A stretch of 32,000 nt of DNA. Source: an uncultured delta proteobacterium (GTDB taxonomy: Bacteria; Myxococcota_A; Polyangia; Haliangiales; Haliangiaceae). Every line of letters starts with the position of its first letter. Position 1 is the stretch's first letter. This document shows, in pieces, positions 1 to 8,034 of this stretch. Below the pieces are notes generated by a model. The model worked only from the letters and a program-made list of their open reading frames with translations, was not told the origin of the DNA and searched no databases. Where the stretch lies: positions 511,667 to 543,666 of the forward strand of contig CAVUQH010000008.1 of NCBI GenBank assembly GCA_963743525.1, read 5' to 3'. Made by a program: the position numbers and the translations under genes.

Positions 1-560
1 TCCACCGGCGCGTCGTAGACCGCGTTCATCAGCATCTCGTGGGCCAGCTCGGCGAACATCTCGCCGACCCGTTTGGGCACTCCGAGGTGCGCGATGAACC
101 GCTCGACCTTGCCCACCACCTGATCGCGGTGCTCGGTGCCGCCGATCTTTTCCTGGAAGCCGTTGAAGCCCCAGTCGAGGAAGGCCGAGAACGGCGGCCC
201 CGGATCGTGCGGCCGCAAGATCCGCCGCAACACCATCATCATCTCCCATCGGCGCGGCGCGCTTTCGAAGTCGCGTCGACCGAACACGTTGGAGATCTGC
301 GGCACCTCGACGACGTGTCGCATCGTCGCCTTCATCGGCTCTGCGGTGAACAGCAGACCGCGCAGCGACGGGTTGTCGCGGATGGCGCCGATCATCAGAT
401 CCCCGTCGAAGGAGTCGGTGATGAGCAGCTGAGTTTGCGGGAGCTGTTCAGCGACGTGAGCCGGATCGTCGACGGCGGTGGCTTCGAAGCCGGCGCATGC
501 GAGGAATCGCAGCACGCGGCGGCTGACCATCTTGTTGCGTTCGAGCAGAAGAGCGCGCAC
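1..560 (-). CDS. Receiver-like (possibly pseudo-) response-regulator domain protein; 3' end lies outside the window
   Basis: Absent from the ORF track because it runs off the left edge. Manual minus-strand translation from GTG at 560 gives VRALLLERNKMVSRRVLRFLACAGFEATAVDDPAHVAEQLPQTQLLITDSFDGDLMIGAIRDNPSLRGLLFTAEPM...GVPKRVGEMFAELAHEMLMNAVYDAPV. It shows a CheY-like alternating pattern with an Asp at the acceptor position (LLITD), but E-R-N where the acidic DD pair usually sits. GC3-rich codons. The 39..566 + ORF is its antisense shadow. The start is uncertain: the frame stays open upstream and ATG at 533 is an alternative. Confidence 0.5.
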   Translation of the reverse strand, partial: MRALLLERNKMVSRRVLRFLACAGFEATAVDDPAHVAEQLPQTQLLITDSFDGDLMIGAIRDNPSLRGLLFTAEPMKATMRHVVEVPQISNVFGRRDFESAPRRWEMMMVLRRILRPHDPGPPFSAFLDWGFNGFQEKIGGTEHRDQVVGKVERFIAHLGVPKRVGEMFAELAHEMLMNAVYDAPV

Positions 561-677
561 GGATAAGATCAGAGTCGGGGCGCTGATGGAGGCATGGAAA
601 GCCGCGCCGCCCGAGTTCAGTACAATAACAAAATTACGCGTAGGCCGCAATTCGAAGATCGTGCTAGCTTCGTGACC
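561..677. promoter_or_regulatory. Divergent intergenic region with an AT-rich island (about 612-665); presumed promoters for both flanking genes
   Basis: A local GC drop (gagttcagtacaataacaaaattacgcgtaggccgcaattcgaagatcgtgctagc) lies between a minus-strand and a plus-strand gene start. No individual -35/-10 could be assigned confidently. Confidence 0.3.
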
Positions 678-2039
678 ATGCAGGTGTTTCGGCTGCGAAG
701 GGCCAGACTCCGCAGTAGAGGTGTAGGTTCCTCGTGGGCGTGTATCGGCGCGTGTGCGCTACTCGTCGCCTGCGGCGGAAGTGCGACCGAAGGCGGGGGC
801 GCCAGGGGCCCCGGCGGCGACTCCAGCCACGTGGGCGACACCACCGATCATGGCGCGGGCGACGCGACCGATACCGGTAATCAGACCGACGGTACTGCGG
901 GCCAGTCCGGCGACACGGGCGACGGTACGGCCGCTGCCACCCCCGACGGCAACGGTGACGCCGGGGACGCCACCGGCGACGCGACGCCTGCGCCCAGGGC
1001 GCCCAAGAACCCCAAGTTCAAGCCGTCCGGCGACCCGGTCGAGATGTCCAAGTTCCTCGTCGCTCCCGCCGAAAAGGCGATGAAGGAGAAGAAGTACCCG
1101 CTGGCCATCGCCTACTACCAGGGATTGGTCGCGGCGCGCGGCAAGGCCAGCAAGGAGGCGATGAGCCTGGTCGAGGCGCTGGTGCAGGAGAACCAGTACC
1201 AGCGCGCCATCGACGTCCTCGACGACTTCATCGCCGAGACCGACGATCCCAAGGCGCTGCACCAGGCCAAGACCGCCCGCGAGAACCTGTCCAAGTTCGA
1301 GAACCCGTTCTCGCGCGAGTTCAAGCCCGTCTATCCGGGCAAGGAGGCGGGCGAGGCGTTCAAGCTGGGCCGCAAGGCGTTCGCGAACAAGAAGTACGCC
1401 GACGCGCTGCTCTACTATCAGATCGGTGTCGCCCTCGACCCCGAGCTGGTCGGCTTCCTCCGCGAGATCGGCGCCACCTACGACAAGCTGGGCGCGGTCA
1501 AGGAGAAGGTCGATTACCTGGGCAAATACCTGTGGCTGCAGCCGTTCGGCAAGAACTCCGACTTCGCGCGCAAGCTGCTGGCCAAGCACAAGAAGCTGAC
1601 CAGCAAGCTCAGCATCGTGTCGCCGTTGCCCTGCGACTACGTCTGGCTCAACGGCCAGCTGGTGCCGCACAAGCTGCCGCTCAAGGACCTGCTGGTCGGA
1701 CCGGGCTACTACGCCGCCATCTGCTGGAACCAGGGCTTCGAGCTGCAGTACGTCGAGGAGATCGACCACCTGGAGGCGGGCAAGAAGGGGACCATCAAGT
1801 TCAACTGGGCGGTCATCGTCAACAAGCTCGAGAACCCGTACGGCCGGCTCCAGGTCGAGGATGCCCTCAACCCGGGCACCATGCGGTCGGTCCCGCTGTC
1901 CCTGTCCAAGGGCTTCGGCATCCCCGTCCCGGCCGACGGCCGGGCCCTGAAAGTGCACCTCACCTCCCTGAACGGGGCGAAAGACCAGACCCGGTATATC
2001 AAGATCGCGCCCGGTTCCACGGAGGTCGTAAAGTGGTAG
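678..2039 (+). CDS. TPR-like repeat lipoprotein with a long Gly/Asp/Thr-rich linker
   Basis: Internal ATG at 678 of ORF 594..2039. N-terminus is MQVFRLRRARLRSRGVGSSWACIGACALLVAC-GG (lipobox LVAC). It is followed by a low-complexity G/D/T tract, then helical repeats such as YPLAIAYYQGLV and YADALLYYQIGVALDP (TPR-like). It sits 34 bp upstream of the kinase gene. Confidence 0.7.
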   Translation: MQVFRLRRARLRSRGVGSSWACIGACALLVACGGSATEGGGARGPGGDSSHVGDTTDHGAGDATDTGNQTDGTAGQSGDTGDGTAAATPDGNGDAGDATGDATPAPRAPKNPKFKPSGDPVEMSKFLVAPAEKAMKEKKYPLAIAYYQGLVAARGKASKEAMSLVEALVQENQYQRAIDVLDDFIAETDDPKALHQAKTARENLSKFENPFSREFKPVYPGKEAGEAFKLGRKAFANKKYADALLYYQIGVALDPELVGFLREIGATYDKLGAVKEKVDYLGKYLWLQPFGKNSDFARKLLAKHKKLTSKLSIVSPLPCDYVWLNGQLVPHKLPLKDLLVGPGYYAAICWNQGFELQYVEEIDHLEAGKKGTIKFNWAVIVNKLENPYGRLQVEDALNPGTMRSVPLSLSKGFGIPVPADGRALKVHLTSLNGAKDQTRYIKIAPGSTEVVKW

Positions 2040-2073
2040 AGTCTCCGCGCTCAGCGGAGCCGGCAACACAGGG

Positions 2074-3327
<1,254 letters not shown>

Positions 3328-3345
3328 TCAGCGAGAAGCGCTCCC

Positions 3346-3723
3346 ATGTCCAGCGAGTGGATATCCAGCAAGTCGCCGGCGTTTGCCGGTGCTGTGCTGG
3401 GAATGATGGCCGGCCTGGCCGCGTTCGGCTTCGGTGCCCTGGGCCTGTTCGGGCCCGAATCAGCCATGCCGATTCCCCAGGGGATCGCCCTGGTCGTCGC
3501 CGGGCTGATCAACTGGTCCAGCTGTTTCTTCGCCCTCAAGCGGGTGCGCCTGGCCTGGGCGTTCGCGCTGTCGCTCAACGGCACGGCGATCCTGGTGTTC
3601 ATCTTCGGCGCGCCCAAGGTGCGCGACGCCTGGCACACCAACATGGGCGTCGGCTACCTGCCCGCGCTCATCTTTCTGTCGATCACGGTCCTGCTGGCCA
3701 TCTCGTCCGACGAGTACAGCTAG
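3346..3723 (+). CDS. Small integral membrane protein, about 4 predicted hydrophobic helices, unknown function
   Basis: 125-aa ORF with four hydrophobic stretches (AFAGAVLGMMAGLAAFGFGALGLF, GIALVVAGLINWSSCFFAL, LAWAFALSLNGTAILVFIFGA, VGYLPALIFLSITVLLAI). Good GC3 bias. It starts 18 bp after the kinase stop. Confidence 0.6.
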   Translation: MSSEWISSKSPAFAGAVLGMMAGLAAFGFGALGLFGPESAMPIPQGIALVVAGLINWSSCFFALKRVRLAWAFALSLNGTAILVFIFGAPKVRDAWHTNMGVGYLPALIFLSITVLLAISSDEYS

Positions 3724-3738
3724 AGAGCGGGCGGTGTT

Positions 3739-4362
3739 CTACGGAACGCCGGCGATCTTGTGCAGCTGTAGCGACAGCCGCCAGCGCGGGTTGTCGCGGA
3801 CCAGCTCGAGGGTGCGCGCCAGCTGGGCACCGTAGTCGGCGTCCATGCACGGCTGCGCGAACCAGGTGTCGCAGCGCGGGTAGCGATCTTCGTAGGCGCG
3901 CAGGACGGCGGCGTCGACGCTGTCGTCGACCACGACCTTGACCTCGTCCGGATCGAGCTCGGCCAGGCGAAAGCGGCCGTCGTGGAAGCGCGGCTTGGGC
4001 GAGACCGTCAGCCAGTCGACGGGCGCGGCCGGGACCCGGGTGCCGTTGCTCTCCATGTGGATGCGGAAGCCGGCGCCGGCCAGCGCGGCGCGCAGTGGTT
4101 CGTCCCACTGCAGGGTCGGCTCGCCGCCGGTGACCACGACCATGCGCGCGCCGGCGCCGTCGAGGTCGAGCAGGCGATCGCGGATGTCGCCCGCGGACAG
4201 CCGCTCGGCGCCGCCGGCATCGAAGTCGGTGTCGCACCAGCTGCAGGCCAGGTTGCAGGCGGCGAAGCGCAAGAAGACGCAGGCGCGCCCGGCGTGGGCG
4301 CCCTCGCCCTGGATGGTCGGGCCGAAGATCTCTTTGACCAGGTAGCCGCTGTCGCCGGCCAT
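3739..4362 (-). CDS. queE: 7-carboxy-7-deazaguanine synthase (radical SAM)
   Basis: Internal ATG at 4362 of ORF 3739..5055. MAGDSGYLVKEIFGPTIQGEGAHAGRACVFLRFAACNLACSWCDTDF matches the QueE N-terminus (xxEIFxTxQGEG plus a CxxxCxxC cluster followed by DT). GGEP motif present (VVVTGGEPTL). The 5' extension of the tracked ORF is antisense to the 4387..5301 gene. Confidence 0.85.
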   Translation of the reverse strand: MAGDSGYLVKEIFGPTIQGEGAHAGRACVFLRFAACNLACSWCDTDFDAGGAERLSAGDIRDRLLDLDGAGARMVVVTGGEPTLQWDEPLRAALAGAGFRIHMESNGTRVPAAPVDWLTVSPKPRFHDGRFRLAELDPDEVKVVVDDSVDAAVLRAYEDRYPRCDTWFAQPCMDADYGAQLARTLELVRDNPRWRLSLQLHKIAGVP

Positions 4363-4386
4363 GATTGGCGCTAGGCTACCCGTTCG

Positions 4387-5301
4387 ATGCGGCCCCTGCC
4401 ATCCATCATCGGTGCCGTCGCGCTGATCGGTGCGGCGGCCTGCCACGACGGTGGCAAGCGCAGCTCCGATCCGCCGCCGGTGCGGGCCGAGCAGGCACCG
4501 GCCGACGATGCCGGCAACGCGGGCTGCCAGCGACTGCCGTTCGCCGCCGACATCGCCCTGCCGGAGGCGAGTGGGGCGGTCTATTTGCCCGGCCCGCCGG
4601 CGACGGTGCTGGTCGTCGCCGACAGCGGCAACCGCGGCCAGTGGGCCGAGCTCGACGCCGGCGACGGAAGGGTCGTCGGCCACGGACGGCTGCCGCTGGA
4701 CGGCGGCGCCTCCGACGACCTCGAGGGGCTGTCGGTGCTGGGCGGGCGCTTCTACGGCCTGACCTCGTCGGGCTACCTGCGCGAGTGGGAGCGGGCCGAC
4801 GGTGGCTTTCGCCAGGTGCGGGACGCCTACCCGATCGCGACCCCGGGCGAGGGCTCGCCATCCTTGTCGTGCAAGCATGCCGGCAAGGTCAACTGCGACG
4901 CCAACTTCGAGGGGCTGTGTCTGGCCGACGCGCCGGCGGGCGGCTGCGTTGGCTGGGCCGCGGCCAAGGACAACGGCACCCTCTACTGCCTGGTCCGTGC
5001 AGACGACGGTCGCCTTCGGGTCGACCGCGGCCGGGCGGTCAAGATCGCCGGCCACGGGCTGGTCAGCGGCTGCACCATCCTGCCCGGCGGCGACCTGCTG
5101 GTCGGCACCAATCTGTTCGGCGGCAACACCGTCTACCGGGTCAGCGGCGCGGGCGGCGCGAAGCCCCGGATCCGGGTGATCGACCGGCTGGGACCCGGCT
5201 TTGGCGAGGCGATCGCGGCCAGCCCCGACGGCGTGGTCTACCGCTTCTCCGACACCGGCGGCAGTCCCAGCATGATGGCCCGCTACCAGTGCCCGCGCTG
5301 A
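4387..5301 (+). CDS. Lipoprotein, possibly YjiK/SdiA-regulated-like beta-propeller (tentative)
   Basis: MRPLPSIIGAVALIGAAAC-HDGG lipobox, then a short linker. Motifs EASGAVYLP...VVADSG and DDLEGLSV resemble the SGL/DxEG repeats of that propeller family. The family assignment is from memory only. Confidence 0.6.
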   Translation: MRPLPSIIGAVALIGAAACHDGGKRSSDPPPVRAEQAPADDAGNAGCQRLPFAADIALPEASGAVYLPGPPATVLVVADSGNRGQWAELDAGDGRVVGHGRLPLDGGASDDLEGLSVLGGRFYGLTSSGYLREWERADGGFRQVRDAYPIATPGEGSPSLSCKHAGKVNCDANFEGLCLADAPAGGCVGWAAAKDNGTLYCLVRADDGRLRVDRGRAVKIAGHGLVSGCTILPGGDLLVGTNLFGGNTVYRVSGAGGAKPRIRVIDRLGPGFGEAIAASPDGVVYRFSDTGGSPSMMARYQCPR

Positions 5302-5314
5302 GCTTTTTCGGCAT

Positions 5315-5340
5315 CCGCGCCGGGCGCGGTAAGCTTTTGT
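5315..5340 (+). terminator. GC hairpin (ccgcgc-cgg-gcgcgg) followed by taagcttttgt, between the lipoprotein gene and nrdR
   Basis: 6-bp perfect stem at 5315-5320/5324-5329 with a 3-nt loop (or a 5-bp stem with a 5-nt loop), followed by a TTTT run ending 2 nt before the nrdR GTG. Flanked by direct agctttt repeats (5301-5307 and 5332-5338). Confidence 0.3.
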
Positions 5341-5341
5341 C

Positions 5342-5821
5342 GTGCAGTGCCCGTTTTGCGACGGCGACTCGCAGGTCTCCGACTCGCGCGCGACCGCGGA
5401 TCATCAGATTCGGCGGCGACGCATCTGCACCCAGTGCAAGCGCCGCTTCACCACCTACGAACGGATCGGCTCGCCCAGCCTCAAGGTGATCAAACGCAGC
5501 GGCAAGACCGAGCCGTTCTCGTCGGAGAAGCTGGCAGCCTGCCTTGCGCGGGTCACCCGCTACCGCCCGGTTACCGCCGATCAGCTCGCCCGCCTGGGAA
5601 GGGCGATCGAGGCCCAGCTGGTCAACGCAGGCACCAGCAAGATCACCTCCGCTCAGGTCCTCGAGCAGGTGCTGGCCCGGCTGCGCGATCTGGACCGGGT
5701 CAGCTTCAACCGGCTGGCGGCCAACTACACCGACGAGGCCGGCCGCCTGCGCACGGACGCCCCGGTCGGCGAGGACGACGGCGACGATCAGCTGGATCTG
5801 TTCGGCGGCGACGACGAATGA
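5342..5821 (+). CDS. nrdR: Transcriptional repressor NrdR (zinc ribbon + ATP-cone)
   Basis: (GTG)QCPFCDGDSQVSDSR...RRRRICTQCKRRFTTYERI is the NrdR CxxC...CxxC zinc ribbon. It is followed by an ATP-cone (VIKRSGKTEPFSSEKL...). It has an acidic C-terminal tail. Confidence 0.9.
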   Translation: MQCPFCDGDSQVSDSRATADHQIRRRRICTQCKRRFTTYERIGSPSLKVIKRSGKTEPFSSEKLAACLARVTRYRPVTADQLARLGRAIEAQLVNAGTSKITSAQVLEQVLARLRDLDRVSFNRLAANYTDEAGRLRTDAPVGEDDGDDQLDLFGGDDE

Positions 5822-5855
5822 GCTTCGCCGCCCGGCGGTGCGGTAGAGTCCGGGC

Positions 5856-6674
5856 ATGCGTGAGGCGCCGACCGCTGCATCCCAGCGCATCTTTGCCCCC
5901 GGCATCTTCGACGACCAGGTCGCGCTGATCACCGGGGGCGGCTCGGGCATCGGCCTGACCACCGCTGCCGAGCTGGTGCGGTTGGGCGGACGGGTGGCGA
6001 TCTGCGGGCGCACCCAGGCCAAGCTCGACGCCGCCGTCGCCGAGCTCGGCGCCATCGCCGGCGCCGACCGGGTCCACGCCGCCACCTGCGACATCCGCGA
6101 GCCGGAGCAGGTCGACGCGTTCGTAACCGGTGTCGCCGAGCGCTTCGGTCGCATCGACATCCTGGTCAACAACGCCGGCGGCCAGTTCCCGTCGCCGGCG
6201 CAGATGATCTCGACCAAGGGCTTCACCGCGGTGATCAAGAACAACTTGATCGGCACCTTCACGGTGACGCGCGAGGTCGCCAACAAGGCGATGATTCCGG
6301 CCGGTCAGGGCTGCGTGATCAACGTGATCGCCAACATGTACCGCGGCTTCCCCGGAATGGTGCACACCGGCGCTGCCCGGGCCGGGGTCGAGAACATGAC
6401 CAAGACCCTGGCGGTGGAGTGGTCCCAGTTCGGCATTCGCGTCAACGCGATAGCGCCGGGCGTGATCATCTCCAGCGGCACCCAGCAGTACCCGCCGGCG
6501 ATCCTCCAGCAGGCGATCAAGAACACGCCAGCCAAGCGCGGCGGCACGGTCGACGAAGTTGCCGCGTCGATCGTCTTCCTCGCCTCGCCGGCGTCTCAGT
6601 ACATCAACGGTGCCACGCTGCGCATCGACGGCGCCCAGTCGCTGTGGGGCGACACCTGGATGATCCCGGACTGA
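5856..6674 (+). CDS. SDR-family oxidoreductase (enoyl/dienoyl-CoA reductase-like subgroup)
   Basis: ALITGGGSGIGLTTA (TGxxxGIG), NNAGG, GAARAGVENMTKTLAVEW, IRVNAIAPG. Confidence 0.85.
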   Translation: MREAPTAASQRIFAPGIFDDQVALITGGGSGIGLTTAAELVRLGGRVAICGRTQAKLDAAVAELGAIAGADRVHAATCDIREPEQVDAFVTGVAERFGRIDILVNNAGGQFPSPAQMISTKGFTAVIKNNLIGTFTVTREVANKAMIPAGQGCVINVIANMYRGFPGMVHTGAARAGVENMTKTLAVEWSQFGIRVNAIAPGVIISSGTQQYPPAILQQAIKNTPAKRGGTVDEVAASIVFLASPASQYINGATLRIDGAQSLWGDTWMIPD

Positions 6675-6675
6675 G

Positions 6676-7080
6676 CTAGTCGCGGCCGACGCCGAGGAGC
6701 TTGCTCATGGTCTTCTCGTCGGCGGGCGGGAACTCGTATTCGGTCAGCTGGTCCGACGGCACCCACAACAGGTCGGCGACGTTGAGCGCGCGCGGCGTCT
6801 GCCCGTCCGGCAGGCGACAGGAGTACATGGTCATCTGCACGTCGTAGTGCGCGTACGAGTGGTAATGTTCGCCCAGCTTGCCGACCACTTCGATGCGCGA
6901 GCCGATACGCCAGGCGACCTCGCGGACCAGGGCTTGCTCGTCGCTCTCGTCCATTTCGACCCGGCCGCCCGGGAACTCCCACAGCAGCGGGAGGACCGCG
7001 GTCGAGGTCCTCTGGGTTATCAGGTAGCGGCCGCCGTCCTCGACCACCGCGGCGACCACCCGAATGACGTCTTTGCCCAT
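6676..7080 (-). CDS. Nudix-fold protein (MutT/NudG-like) with a degenerate Nudix box
   Basis: Internal ATG at 7080 of ORF 6676..7215. MGKDVIRVVAAVVEDGGRYLITQR...LWEFPGGRVEMDESDEQALVREVAWRIGSRI. The box is GX5EX7REVA-WR-IG instead of REUXEEXGU. Confidence 0.8.
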   Translation of the reverse strand: MGKDVIRVVAAVVEDGGRYLITQRTSTAVLPLLWEFPGGRVEMDESDEQALVREVAWRIGSRIEVVGKLGEHYHSYAHYDVQMTMYSCRLPDGQTPRALNVADLLWVPSDQLTEYEFPPADEKTMSKLLGVGRD

Positions 7081-7135
7081 GCGAGGGCGATTATGGGCCC
7101 TGGCGGGCGGATTGCAACCCGTGTAGATTCGCCGC

Positions 7136-7561
7136 ATGTCGGTGAAACGGGTCCCCCCGGACGAGGCCGCCCGCCTATTGCAGGACGGCTGGCTGTACGT
7201 GGACGTCAGGTCCATTCCGGAATTCGACGAAGGCCACCCGCCGGGTGCCTACAACGTGCCGTTCATGCACCGAGACGCCCGAGGCATGCAGGCAAATCCG
7301 CGCTTCGTCGAAGTGATGCAGCGCCGGTTCGCCGACGCGCCCCGGTTGGTTCTCGGCTGCCGTTCCGGCGGTCGCTCGTTGCGCGCCTGCCAGGTGCTGC
7401 TCGAGCGTGGCTGGAAGGGCGAGCTCGTAGACATGCAGGGCGGCTTTGCCGGCGAGCACACGGCCGGCCAGCTGACCTGCCAGGGCTGGGAAGGCATGGG
7501 CCTGCCGATCGCCTTCGACGTCGAAGGCGGACACAGCTACACCGAGCTCGAGGAGGAGTGA
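7136..7561 (+). CDS. Single-domain rhodanese-like sulfurtransferase
   Basis: YVDVRSIPEFDEGHPPGAYNVP and the active-site loop CRSGGRS. Confidence 0.8.
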   Translation: MSVKRVPPDEAARLLQDGWLYVDVRSIPEFDEGHPPGAYNVPFMHRDARGMQANPRFVEVMQRRFADAPRLVLGCRSGGRSLRACQVLLERGWKGELVDMQGGFAGEHTAGQLTCQGWEGMGLPIAFDVEGGHSYTELEEE

Positions 7562-7562
7562 G

Positions 7563-7955
7563 ATGGCGATTCGATTCATCGAGATCCACGCGGCCGAGGA
7601 TGCCGAGAAGCTGAACACCGAGTGGTTCGTGCTCGAGAACCCGGGTGAGAAGCCGTTCAACACCCGCAACTGCGTGTTGTCGGTGCGGCGCAAGGGGCAG
7701 AAGAAGAAGCGCAACCTGGGCACCATCGATCCCGGCTTCGTCCTGGCGCCGGGCGAAAAGATGCGCGTCCTGACCGGCAACCCGGGGCGCAAGGCCCACG
7801 GTGAGGCGCCCAAGGACGACACGCCCAACTACAACCTGTTCCTCGGCGAGCCGGTCCTCGCCGTGCCCGGCCTCGAGCTGACGCTGTCGCTGCGCACCCT
7901 GCCGGTCTGCCGCGCCACCCACGACCCCGAGTCGTCAACCGGCGTGAAGAGCTAG
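7563..7955 (+). CDS. Small cytoplasmic protein, lamin-tail-domain (LTD)-like (tentative)
   Basis: ATG lies 1 nt after the rhodanese stop. IRFIEIHAAEDAEKLNTEWFVLENPGEKPF...FVLAPGEKMRVLTG resembles the LTD pattern (I.EI...EfveL.N.g....f.L.pG....v.tg). No signal peptide. Confidence 0.5.
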   Translation: MAIRFIEIHAAEDAEKLNTEWFVLENPGEKPFNTRNCVLSVRRKGQKKKRNLGTIDPGFVLAPGEKMRVLTGNPGRKAHGEAPKDDTPNYNLFLGEPVLAVPGLELTLSLRTLPVCRATHDPESSTGVKS

Positions 7956-8034
7956 CCTAGCCGGCGAGCCTGGCGCCACCCACGACCCGAGTCGTCGACC
8001 GGCGTGAAGAGCTAGCCTAGCCGGCGAGCTTGGC
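7912..8034. repeat. Tandem direct duplication, 62 bp + 61 bp, spanning the convergent gene junction
   Basis: Copy 1 (7912-7973): gcgccacccacgaccccgagtcgtcaaccggcgtgaagagctagcctagccggcgagcctg. Copy 2 (7974-8034) is identical except for one deleted c and two substitutions (a>g, c>t). Each copy contains both the TAG of the plus gene and the CTA (reverse TAG) of the minus kinase gene. Confidence 0.9.

Noticed and set aside
2043-2059. Perfect 6-bp hairpin (ctccgc-gctca-gcggag) just after the stop of the TPR lipoprotein gene.
   Set aside because: There is no U-tract and the kinase gene starts 15 nt later, so I did not call it a terminator. It may be a minor mRNA structure or chance.
7912-8034. Whether the direct repeats could be a minimal CRISPR or another repeat-spacer array.
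   Set aside because: There are only two copies, directly abutting with no spacer, and each carries the 3' ends of the two flanking genes. It is a simple tandem duplication.
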